NCBI RefSeq assembly: GCF_004010195.1
Contig: NC_057711.1
Span: forward strand, 71,045,628 to 71,065,627
Length of the DNA stretch: 20,000 nucleotides
Origin: Chiloscyllium plagiosum
Lineage: Eukaryota
Direction of reading: 5' to 3'
A program made the position numbers and the translations under genes. The stretch's first letter is position 1; each line of letters starts with the position of its first letter. The notes beneath the pieces are model-generated. The model made no database searches and was not told where the DNA came from. It saw nothing but the letters and a program-made list of their open reading frames with translations. Positions 10,445 to 20,000 of the stretch are shown piece by piece.

Positions 10445-11330
10445 TCCCATGGCACCTTCCTGTGATTCCTATGCAATCATAGAAGGTGTAACACTTGCCC
10501 ATTCGCCTCTTCACTCCTCACTGTCTAAGGCCCCAAACGTATCTTCAAGGTGAAGCAATGCTTTACTTGCACTTCTTTTGATATTTGCTGCTCACAAAGT
10601 GGTCTACCTTACATCAGGGAGACCAAAAGTAGACTGGGTAACCGCTTTGATGTCTGTCCATAGGAATGACCCTGTCTATATAGTTGCTTAATATGTTCTC
10701 TGTACCTTTTCCTGTTGCTTCACCAATCAGTCTCCTCTGAGTGGTTCACTAGGCCACAGAACTTTGAGATTGCTTGCCATTTCCATAAAACATCTTGCTC
10801 CCATGCTGACATTTTTGTCCTTGGCCAGCAATAATGTTCCAGTGAAGCATAACACAAGCTGGAGGAACAGCACCACCCTTTTTCTAATTGGGGCACGTTA
10901 CAGCCTTCAGGGCTCAACATTGAATTCAATAACTTCAGAGCATGAACCTCATTTTGAATACAATACCCACCCCTGTGTCTTGTTTGTGTCTTGTTGGCTT
11001 TGCTCACAGCAGAGCTGACCCATTTTCTCCTTTTCAACCTGAAATTAACACATTTTACATCTCAAGATCTACTTTATCACTATCAATACTCTATCTTTTT
11101 CTCTGGACATCTCGACCACCTGATCAGCTTGCGCCTTCCCTGCCTCTGATAACAGCATCAAACCAGCAATTTCTAGCTCCTTCATTTTCAAAGCAGTGTC
11201 ATATTGCACTTGAAATGTTAACTCAGTTTCTCTCCACAGATGCTGCCAGACCCACTGAGTTTCTTCAGAATTTTATCTTTTTATTTCAGAATTCCATAAT
11301 TTGCATTATTTTGCTTTTGTGGGTGAAATA
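10445..11330 (+). mobile_element. Decayed Penelope-like element: Cys-rich linker, GIY-YIG endonuclease remnant and terminal repeat
   Basis: Broken frames read CNHRRCNTCPF, ICCSQSGLPYIRETKSRLGNRF (10583-10648), HKLEEQH and GTLQPSGLNIEFNNFRA* (stop at 10943-10945). These are homologous to the minus-strand PLE at 16657-17717. Terminal segment at 11180-11330. Confidence 0.85.
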
Positions 11331-11404
11331 AATAAATCTGTTACAGAACTAATTCAGGTGCAAGTAAAAACCCCATCCAAGGCAAGATTTCATTTTACAT
11401 TTGC

Positions 11405-11537
11405 ATAGGTTCTAGATCCTTTGGCCTAACTCATCCATCTGACCAGATATCCTAAATTAATCTAGTCCCATTTGCCAGCACTTACCCATATCCCCCTAAA
11501 CCATTCATATTCATATATCCATCCAGATGTCTTTTAA
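11405..11537 (-). mobile_element. Host CR1 copy, 3' part (interrupted by a nested CR1)
   Basis: ccagatatcctaaattaatctagtcccatttgccagcact...atccagatgtcttttaa matches 5027-5122 and 19720-19817. The sequence continues colinearly at about 15513. Confidence 0.9.
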
Positions 11538-11616
11538 GAACAAAGAACAAAGAAAATTTACAGCCTAGGAACAGGCCCTTCGGCCCTTCAAGCCTGAGCC
11601 GATCCAAATGTACTGT

Positions 11617-14185
11617 CTAAACCTGTCGGTCAATTCCTAAGCATTTGCATCCCTCTGCTCCAAATCTGTCCAGATGCATCTTTAATGAATCTACCGTGCC
11701 TGCCTCTACCACCTCTGCTGGCATCGCGTTCCAAATGCCCACAATCTTCTGTGTGAAGTACTTGCCGCGTGTATCCCCCTTAAACTTTCCACCTCTTACC
11801 TTGAAAGCATGACCTCTCGTTATTGAATCCTTCACCCTGGGAAAAAGCTTGTCTCTATCCACCCTGTCTATACCCTTCATGATTTTATAAACCCCAATCA
11901 GGTCCCTCCTCAATCTCCTTCTTTCTAGTGAAAATAAACCTAACCTACTCAACCTCTCTTCATAGCCAGCACCTTCCATACCAGGCAACATCCTCATAAA
12001 CCTTCTCTGCACCCTCTCCAAAGCATCCACACCCTTTTGGTAATCTGGCACCCAGAACTGTAGACAGTATTCTAAGCACCCCCGAACCAATGTCTTGTAC
12101 AATTTTAACATGACTTGCCAGCTCTTATACTCAATACCCCGTCCAATGAAGGCAAGCATACTATATGCCTTCTTGACCACTCTATCCACCTGTGCAGCAA
12201 CCTTCAGGGTACAATGGACCTGCACTCCCAGATTTCTCTTCCCATCAACTTTTCCCAAGGCTCTTCTATTCCTTGTATAATTCACTCTAGAATTAGACTT
12301 GCCTAAATGCATCACCTCACATTTGTCTGGATTGAAAACCATCTGCCACTTTTCCGCCCAACTCTCCAGTTTATCTATATCCTCCTGTATTCTCTGACAG
12401 TCCCTTATGTTTTCTGCTACTCCGTCAATCTTTGTGTCATCTGCAAACTTGCTGATCATACCAACAGTGCCTTCTTCCAGATCAGTTATGTATATTACAA
12501 ACAACAGTGGCCGCTATACTGACCCCTGTGGAACACCACTGGTTATCTTTCTCCATTTCGAGAAACTCCCTTCAACTACTACTCTCTGCCTCCTGTTGCT
12601 CAACCAGTTCTTTAACCACCTGGCTAGAACACCCTGCACACCATGTGACTTCACTTTCTCCATTAGTCTACAATGGGGAACCTTATCAAATGCCTTACTA
12701 AAGTCCATGTATATGACATCAACAGCCCTTCCTTCATCTAACAACTTGGTCACTTCTTTGAAGAACTCTATTAAGTTGGTAAGGCACGACCTCCCTCGCA
12801 CAAAACCATGTTGTCTATCACTGATAAGCTCATTCTTTTCTAAATATAAATAGATCCTATCTCTCAGTACCCTCTCCAGCAACTTCCCCACCACCGACGT
12901 CAGGCTCACTGGTCTGTAGTTACCCGGAATATCCCTACTATCCTTCTTGTACAGGAGACAACATAAGCAACCTTCCAGTCCTCTGGCACCTCACCTGTAT
13001 TTAAGGATGCCACAAAGATATCTGTCAATGCCCCAGATATTTCCTCTCTCGCCTCCCTCAGCAACTTGGGATAGATCCCATCCGGTCCTGGGGATTTGTC
13101 CACCTTAATAATCTCAAGCATACCCAACACATCTTCCCTACCTTTGCCAACGTGATCCAGACTAATCAAACTTCTATCTCTAATCTCAAGATTCATCATG
13201 TTCCTCTCCTCAGTGAACATTGATGCAAAGTAATCATTCAGAATCGCACCCATTCTCTCAGGTTCGGCACACAGCCTTCCTTCATTATCTTTTAGTAGAC
13301 CAATCCTTTCTCTAGTTACCCGCTTGCTTCTTATATAAGAATAAAATGCTTTGGGATTTTCCTTAATTCTGCTTGCTAAAGCTGTTTCATGACCCCTTTT
13401 CGCCCGCTTGATTCCTTGTTTAAGACTTGTCCTACTCTTCCGATATTTTTCCAGGGCCCATTCTGTTCTTTGCTGCTTAGACCTTATGTACGCTTCCCTT
13501 TTCCTCTTGGCCAGTGGTACAATTTCTTCTGTCATCCACGGTTCACGAATCTTGCCCTTCCTATCCTTTGCCTTCAACGGGACATGCCTATCCTGCACTA
13601 CCATTAACCTATCTTTGAAAGCCTCCCACATCTCAAATGTGGACTTCCCTTCAAATAGCTGTGTACAATCCACATTTCCCAGCTCCTACCTAATTTTGAT
13701 ATAATTGGCCTCAGCCCAGTTTAGTACTCTTCCCTGAGGACCACTCTCTTCTTTATCTATGAGTATTCTAAAACTTACAGAATTGTGGTCACTGTTCCCA
13801 AAGAAATCCCCCATCGCTCCACCCATAATGACTCACTACCCAAGACCGCTATGGTGTCCTCCTTTAGCACAGCCATGATATCATCCCTGACCAGCAATGC
13901 AACTCCGCCCCCTCTTTTACCTCCCTCCCTGTCCTGTCTGAAGCGTCTATATCCTGGAACATTTAATTGCCAATCATCATGCCCTTCCTTCAACCAAGTC
14001 TCTCTGATGGCAATAATGTCATACTCCCAAGCACCAATCCAAGCCCTAAGTTCACCTGCCTTACACACTATACTCCTTGCATTAAAGTAGATGCATTTCA
14101 GGCCACCAGTTCTTTTGCACTCACCTGCTCTCTGCCTATTCTTCCCTTTATTAATGTTAATCTTCATAATTCTCACAGTCTCCAA
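11617..14185 (-). pseudogene. CR1 ORF2 (APE endonuclease plus reverse transcriptase), disrupted
   Basis: Motifs [69 protein letters not shown] and KFADDTKI. Lesions: in-frame stop at 12514-12516, frameshift near 12950, internal deletion near 13815. Confidence 0.95.
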
Positions 14186-14239
14186 TCTCCACCTCGCTAC
14201 CTACTTGTTTTCTCTTCTGGTTCCCACTCCCCTGTCACA

Positions 14240-15164
14240 TTAGTTTAAAACCTCCCCAACAGCAGTAGCAAAAACTCCCCCAAGGACATTAGTTCCGGTC
14301 TGGTTCAGATGTAGACTGTCCCTTTTGTAATAGTCCCATCTTCCCCTGAACCGGTCCCAATGTCCAACAATTCTGAACCCCTCCCTCCCACACCATCTCT
14401 CAAGCCACGTGTTCATCCTGCCGATTTTTTCATTTCTATGCTGGCTAGCACGTGGCACTGTAGTAATCCCGAGATCACTACCTTTGAGATCCTCCCCTTT
14501 AACTTCTCTCCTAGCTCCCTGAATTCTTCTTTCAGGACCTCATCTCACTTTCTACTTATATCGTTGGTGCCTATATGCACCAAGACAACTGGCTGTTCAA
14601 CCTCCCCTTTTAGAATGCTCTGCAGCCGATCAGTGACATCCCTGACCCGAGCACCTGGTAGGCAACATACCATCCGGGAGTCCTGTTTTCAGCCACAGAA
14701 CCGCCTACCTACTCCCCTCACAATAGAATCCCCCATCATAATGGCCCTATGGGTCTTTTTCCCGCTACGGTGCCATGATCTTGACAACTGCTGCCCTCCC
14801 CTGGTGAGCCATCTCCCCCAACAGTATCCAAAATGGTATACCTGTTTTGGAGGGAGATGACCGCAGGGGACACCTGCACTGCCTTCCTACTCTTTTTCTG
14901 CCTTTTGATCACCCATTTGTCGTCTCCCTCAGTAATTCTAACCTGCAGTGTAACCAGTTCACTAAACATGCTACCCACGACCTCCTCAGCATCGTGGATG
15001 CTCCACAGTGAGTCCATCTGCAGCTCCAGAGCCGTCATGCAGTCTAACAACAGCTGCAGCTGGACACATGTCTTGCAAGTGTAAGAGTCAGGAATGTCAG
15101 ACATGTTCCTAAGCTCCCACATCAAGCAAGTGTCACATGCCACGGGTCTGAGATCCCCTGCCAT
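14240..15164 (-). pseudogene. CR1 ORF1 (CxxC...CxxC zinc finger, leucine-rich coil, SGNH/GDSL esterase), disrupted
   Basis: Starts MAGDLRPVACDTCLMW...YTCKTCVQLQLL (ATG at 15164). After a frameshift near 14750 it reads MGDSIVRG (GDS block), VHIGTNDI (GxND block) and KRDSLHLN (DxxH block). There is an in-frame TGA in RFCG*KQ. Confidence 0.9.
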
Positions 15165-15355
15165 TGTAAGCTTAGCTTTATATGAACTAACTGAAACCAA
15201 ACAATGCACTTAAATAAGTGAAAAAGAAAGATAAGAAATTAAAGCCTTACCTGATAGGGTCTTTTTCTTCCGGTTAGAGGAGGGGGAGCGGGAGGGAGAT
15301 ACTACATGTGCAGTATCTCGGGTTTAGCCACAGCCCAAATATAAATTAAGCCCTT

Positions 15356-15517
15356 ACCTTCCCAGCAGCCCTTGCTTCACTCCTCCTTCTCTCCTCGCTG
15401 CTCTGGCAAAATGGAAGCCCGACTCCCGAGGTAAGTCCCTTTTTATGTGGGAAAACTTAACCTTCCCGGCAGCCTTTGCTTCAGTCCTCCTTCTCTCCTC
15501 AGCGCTCTGGCAAAATG
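15356..15517 (-). repeat. Two 58-bp units (period 104 bp) in the CR1 5' UTR
   Basis: 15356-15413 versus 15460-15517; about 6 differences in 58 bp. Confidence 0.85.
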
Positions 15518-15948
15518 TTGCAACTGTACCAAACTCCACCACTTTCTCTGTCAGCTCATTCTATACACGCACCACTGTCTGCGTGAAAAGGTTGTCCTTT
15601 AGATCCCTTTTAAATCTTTCACCTCTCATCTTAAACCTCTGAAGTTTTGGACCCCCCCTGCCCTGGGGAAAAGACCTTGGCTGTTCACTTTACCGATGCT
15701 CCCCTTAATTTTATAAACATCTATAACGTCACCCCTCAGCCTCCGATCCTCCTGGGAAAATAGCCTCAGCCTATTCAGCCTCTCCCTTTAGCTCAAACTC
15801 TTCAACCCTGACAACATTCTCATAAGCTTTTTCTGAACTCTTTCAACTTTCACAACATCCTTCCAGGGAGACCAGAGTTGTGCACAGTATTCCAAAAGTG
15901 ACCTAACCAATGTCCTGTACAGCCACAACATGATCTCCCAACCCCTGT
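15513..15948 (-). mobile_element. Host CR1 copy, 5' continuation after the nested insertion
   Basis: aaatgttgcaactgtacc...gtcacccctcagcctccg...cctaaccaatgtcctgtacagccacaacatg is colinear with 5122-5567 and 19816-20000. Confidence 0.9.
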
Positions 15949-16288
15949 TGTTCCAAAGTGATTAAACTTTACAGGTCAATGTTCACCAGGGACAAAAAAA
16001 AACTAGTTGACGTTTTTAATTCACTAATAGGGTGCAGCTCCTGCTGCTCAGCAAATATGTTAACTTCTAATATTGCTTAGAAAACCATTCAATTATTTTT
16101 AATTCTAATTATTATTTTGTTGTTTTCACCATGGATTTGTAGTTATTTTGAAATTGAATATCATAAAACATAATTGGATGAATTTATAAATTCACAGGCC
16201 ATTACTTTAGCTGTTGTACCGATTTACTTGCAACAGAACTGAAACTTCTTAATTTCACTTTGTATTCCTTCCAGTTTAATGTTTAAAT

Positions 16289-16498
16289 AGTAAAGTAAAG
16301 TTGCCATAATCCTACTGGATCACAGGGCTACTCTCTCATTAGAGAGCAATGACTGATAGTGACTTAACTTGCGGGTCACCACACCACAGGTGAGAGGTTA
16401 AGAAGGACAGCCCATCATAGTAACACCAGGTAGTTCAGGAATTGAAATTATGCTACTGGAATCACTTGATGTTGTAAACCAGCCATCCAAGCTAACCA
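16289..16498 (-). mobile_element. tRNA-derived SINE, decayed
   Basis: Minus strand begins tggttagc (A-box-like), has atttcaattcc (B-box-like), and ends ggattatggcaactttactttact with a (ACTTT)n tail. About 210 bp. Confidence 0.65.
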
Positions 16499-16616
16499 CA
16501 ATACCAGCTGTGGCTGACATACCATGAATACTTTCTGAGGTCTCATAGGTTGCACAATGATCAGAGCTGCTCTCCATGCACATTGGATTGTTAGTGATTC
16601 ACAACATATTCTTATA

Positions 16617-16650
16617 TTTGATAAGGTTCCCCATGGTAGGCTCATTCAGG
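16617..16650 (+). mobile_element. Tiny CR1 RT fragment
   Basis: tttgataaggttccccatggtaggctcattcag encodes FDKVPHGRLIQ, the same RT motif seen in the other CR1 copies. Confidence 0.7.
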
Positions 16651-16656
16651 AAGCAG

Positions 16657-17717
16657 GAGTCGAAAAGTGTGCTGCTGGAAAAGCACAGTAGATTAGTCAG
16701 CATCCAAGGAGTCAGAGAGTTGACATTTTGGGCATCAGCCCTTCAACAGGAATGTGGTGCAGGAAAAGGGGGCTGAGAGATAAATAGGAGGTTGGGGCTG
16801 GGATGAAGGTAGCTGGGAATGTGATAGGTTGATGCAGTTGGGGGGGTAATAGTGATAGGTCGGAGGGCAGGTGGAGTGGATAGGTGGGAAGATAGATGAA
16901 CTGGTAGGACAGTTCAAGATGTTGGTGCTGAGTTGGAGGGTTGGGTCTGGGATGGGGGAGATGGTTGGAGGGGAGATTAAGAAACTAGTGAAGTCAATGT
17001 TGATGCTGTGTGATTGAAGGGTCCCAAGCTGGACACGAGGCATTCTTCCTCCAGGTATTGGGTGGCTTGGATGTGGTGGCAGAGGGGGCCTAGGACTTGC
17101 ATGTCCTTGGTCGAGTGGGAGGAGGAGTTGAAGTGGTCAGCCACAGAGCAGTGGGGTTGTTTGGTGTATGTGTGTCCCTGAAATGTTCTCTGAAATGTTC
17201 CGCAAGTTGGCGTCCTATCTCCACAATGTAGAGGAAACCACATTGAGAGCAATGGACACAATAAATGAGGTATTTGGATGTGCAGCAAAATCTCTGCTGG
17301 AAGTGGAAGGATCCTTTGGAGCCTTGGACAGAGGTGAAGGGGGAGGTGTGGGCAGAGGTTTTACACCTCTTGCAGTGGCAAGGGAAGGTGCCTGGTGTGG
17401 AGGGTGGGTTGGTGGGTGAGCGTGGACCTAACGATGAAGTTGTGGAGGGATTGGTCTTTGCAGAATGCTGATAAGGTGGGGAGGGAAATATATCTGTTCT
17501 GGTGGGGTCTGTCTGTAGGTGGCAGGAATGGTGGAGGATAATGTCTGTAACCAAAGATTAGTGGGATGGAAGATGAGGACCTGGGAGCTCTATCCTTTGT
17601 GGTTGGACTGTTGGGGTTGAAGGATGGAGGTGCAAGAAGTGGAGGAGATGCGCTGGAGGGCATTGTTGATCATGTGGGAGGGGAAATTGCAGTCCTTGAA
17701 ATAGGAGGCCATCTGGC
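16657..17717 (-). mobile_element. 5'-truncated Penelope-like element (Cys-rich linker suggests Neptune type) with GIY-YIG endonuclease
   Basis: Frame 17090-17554 reads PGTFPCHCKRCKTSAH...YLIYCVHCSQCGFLYIVEIGRQLAEHFREH (GIY-YIG-type IYC..C..CG..YIGET.R.L..RF.EH). A shifted frame reads VADHFNSSSHS...LEEECLV. Terminal repeat with a decayed hammerhead-like motif at 16722-16749. Confidence 0.92.
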
Positions 17718-17724
17718 ATCTAAA

Positions 17725-17865
17725 CTCAGATACATTAGGGACATTTAAGCGACACTTGAATAGGCACATGGATAATAGTAAAATGAAGGTATGTAAGTTA
17801 GTTTGATCCTAGAATAAGATAAAAGGTACGTCGAACATCGAGAGCTGAAGGGCCTGTACTGTGCC
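17725..17865 (+). mobile_element. CR1 3' end fragment
   Basis: cagatacattagggacatttaagcgacacttgaataggcacatg...gagctgaagggcctgtactgtgc; compare 3920-3960 and the stem-loop at 11573. Confidence 0.75.
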
Positions 17866-17896
17866 ATCTTAAGACACTCACATGTACTCGGTAATT

Positions 17897-18193
17897 TTGA
17901 GGGCTGTGATAGAACAGGGCAAGAGCCTGTTGAAGATGCGGTTCTGTTGCTTGGACCAGACTGGGGTGAACAGTGGGGACCCTCCAGTATAATCCAGACA
18001 AAGTGTGCTGCATCATCCTAGCATGCTATGCATTGCACTATTGGAGCACGTAACGAGCTATGTGCTGGATGTAGAGGAACTGGGGGATCAGGGGCACACT
18101 TTTGAGACGGATATTGAGAACGCTGGGAATGGGAACGTGTCTTTGTCCATGGTAGAACAAACCAGTGAGTTGATACAATCAGATCCCTGCTGA
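17897..18193 (+). pseudogene. PIF/Harbinger (HARBI1-like DDE) transposase C-terminal fossil
   Basis: Reads LRAVIEQGKSLLKMRFCCLDQTG, then a frameshift, then LQYNPDKVCCIILACYALHY, then an acidic tail. This matches the Harbinger motif R..IE..FG.LK.RFRCL...LQY.P.KV..II.AC..LHN. Confidence 0.8.
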
Positions 18194-18629
18194 AGTTCCC
18201 CAATTTGTATTGTTTCCAGACAATATCCCTGAGACTGTTAAGCTCCTGGATAAACTGGTTCACTTTGTTTATTTACCCAACCCCTCCCTTGGTTGGTTAC
18301 GACAAAGTTAATTTTTAAAACAGGACTCCTTCCATTCTGGATATCTTTCTCCCAAACCAAATGAACTTATGCTTTAGAAAAGAAGACAATTTAGGTTTTC
18401 TTTATTTAAGAAAGAGTGAGCTTCTTAATTACTAAAAGTCTAAAAGATTAGTAAATAGTAACACAACATACATATATACAGATTAGAAGTAAGAGATGAA
18501 CCCAAAAGTTTTAAAGTTAAAAACAAACAGATACCTGAATCAATCTCTAAATTGTGTGAGAAGAGCATATAGGTGAACTCTATGGCCTTCAATGTGATAT
18601 TATAAGTATTCTTGACATTCACGGTTAAG

Positions 18630-18968
18630 GTAAAAAATCACACAACACCAGGTTACAGTCCAACAGGTTTAATTGGAAGCACTAGCTTTCAGACCGCTGC
18701 TCCTTCATCAGGTAGTTGTGGAGTACTCAATCGTAAGACACAGAATTTATCGCAGAAGTTTACAGTGTGATGTAACTGAAACTATACACTGAAAAATACC
18801 TTGATTGTTTGTTAAGTGTCTCATCTGTTAGAATGACCATGTTAGTTTCACTTCTTTCATATGTAAGTCACAAAACTCATTTTCAAAAGTTACATTCTCA
18901 GTTGAGCTTTAGCAATTGGTGTCAGCCCAGATAATGTGTTGAAGGTGTTAGCCCCCTGTGTGCTGCTG
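18630..18968 (-). mobile_element. PLE-type terminal repeat fragment with hammerhead-like core
   Basis: Minus strand 18711-18677 reads CTGATGA-A-GGA-gcagcgg-TCT-GAAA-GC-tagt-GC-TT, followed by aaacctgttggactgtaacctggtgttgtgtgattttt. Same family as 4583-4714. The right boundary is approximate. Confidence 0.7.
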
Positions 18969-19256
18969 TAAGCAAAGAGTATTGATGCTTTGCTGGGTTC
19001 CTGTAGTTTTGATTCCTTTGGCTGTGATTAAATTCCTACATTTAGAGAGATAGTACTTTTGTTAACTGTCTCCTTTTTTTCTGGTTTGCAGCACCCGTAC
19101 TGACAAATTGTCATTACCTACAACATTGGGGTAACTAGGGGGTAGTTCTCCAGCAGAGACCTTCATGGCATACAAATGCTTGAACGCAGGCTGATGCACT
19201 CAAAAATGCTGATTCCCACCAATCAACATCAGTAAAATTTGAAATCCTCTCCTTAT

Positions 19257-19658
19257 GCAAATCTTAGCATGACTTATACACTTAATGGTAAGATCTCAGG
19301 GAGGGTTGCTGAACAAAGAGACCTTGGAGTGTAGGTTCATAGCTCCTTGAAAGTGGAGTCACGGGTAGATAGGATAGTGAAGAAGGTGTTTGGTATGCTT
19401 TCCTTTATTGGTCAGAGTATTGAGTACAGGAGTTGGGAGGTCATGTTGCAGCTGAACAGGACATTGTTCAGGCCACTTTTGGAATATTGCGTGCAATTCT
19501 GGTCTCCTTCTTATCAGAATGCTGTTGTGAAACTTGAAAGGGTTCAGAAAAGATTTATTAGGTTGTTGCCAGGGTTGGAGGATTTGAGCTATAGGGAGTG
19601 GCTGAACAGGCTGGGGCTGTTTTGCCTGAAGCGTTGGAGGCTGAGGGGTGACTTAGAG
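19257..19658 (+). mobile_element. CR1 ORF2 C-terminal fragment
   Basis: KVESRVDRIVKKVFGMLSFIGQSIEYRSWEVMLQLNRTLFRPLLEYCVQFWSP...RLRGDL; same family as 4968-6247. Confidence 0.93.
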
Positions 19659-20000
19659 TCATAGAGTCATAGAGATGTACAGCATGGAAACAGACCCTTC
19701 AGTCCAACCCGTCCATGCCGACCAAATATCCCAACCCAAATTAGTCCCACCTGCCAGCACCCGGCCCATATCCCTCCAAACCCTTCCTATTCATATACCC
19801 ATCCAAATGCCCCTTAAATGTTGCAATTGTACCAGCCTTCACCACATCTTCTGGCAGCTCATTCCATACACATACCACCCTCTGCGTGAAAAAGTTGCCT
19901 CTTAGGTCTCTTTTATATCTTTTCCCTCTCACCCTAAACCTATGCCCTCTAGTTCTGGACTCCCTGACCCCAGGGAAAAGACTTTGCCTATTTATCCTAT
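19654..20000 (-). mobile_element. CR1 3' end (runs off the window) with (GACTCTAT)n tail
   Basis: tagagtcatagagtcatagag tail. Frame RGKRYKRDLRGNFFTQRVVCVWNELPEDVV. Highly similar to 4968-5310. Confidence 0.93.

Larger units (their letters stand above)
11536..15517 (-). mobile_element. Near full-length, inactivated CR1-clade LINE
   Basis: Has a repeated 5' UTR, ORF1 (zinc finger plus esterase), ORF2 (APE plus RT with FADD), a 3' GGCC-GAAG-GGCC stem-loop at 11573-11587 and a (GTTCTTT)n tail at 11536-11556. Confidence 0.97.

Noticed and set aside
12095..15084. Plus-strand ORFs (e.g. 12407-12853, 13785-14090, 14360-14860)
   Set aside because: Antisense shadows of CR1 ORF1 and ORF2.
18236..19125. 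Possible solo LTR (TGTTA...ACAACA) interrupted by a PLE
   Set aside because: No matching 4-6 bp TSD and no PBS or PPT; TG...CA ends occur readily by chance.

Overview
Eukaryotic, repeat-dominated, non-coding (intronic or intergenic) DNA. The repeat families suggest a cartilaginous fish (shark or ray); this is inferred from recalled repeat consensus patterns, not from a search. I recognise no host protein-coding gene, rRNA, tRNA gene or CRISPR array. Most ORF-track entries are broken retrotransposon frames or their antisense shadows. The window holds: (1) a nearly full-length but inactivated CR1-clade LINE on the minus strand (about 11536-15517; ORF1 zinc finger plus SGNH esterase, ORF2 APE endonuclease plus RT), nested inside an older CR1 copy; (2) many 5'-truncated CR1 fragments; (3) Penelope-like element (PLE) remnants with GIY-YIG endonuclease frames and hammerhead-ribozyme-like terminal motifs; (4) a fossil PIF/Harbinger transposase C-terminus; (5) a tRNA-derived SINE; (6) simple repeats. 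The least explained part is 6300-7200. It has a perfect 69-bp direct repeat, an 84-bp-arm palindromic PLE mini-element with a 15-bp target-site duplication, and a cluster of CCAAT, GC-box and YY1-like motifs. I see no convincing evidence of a wholly new biological system; the findings are structural observations worth checking.
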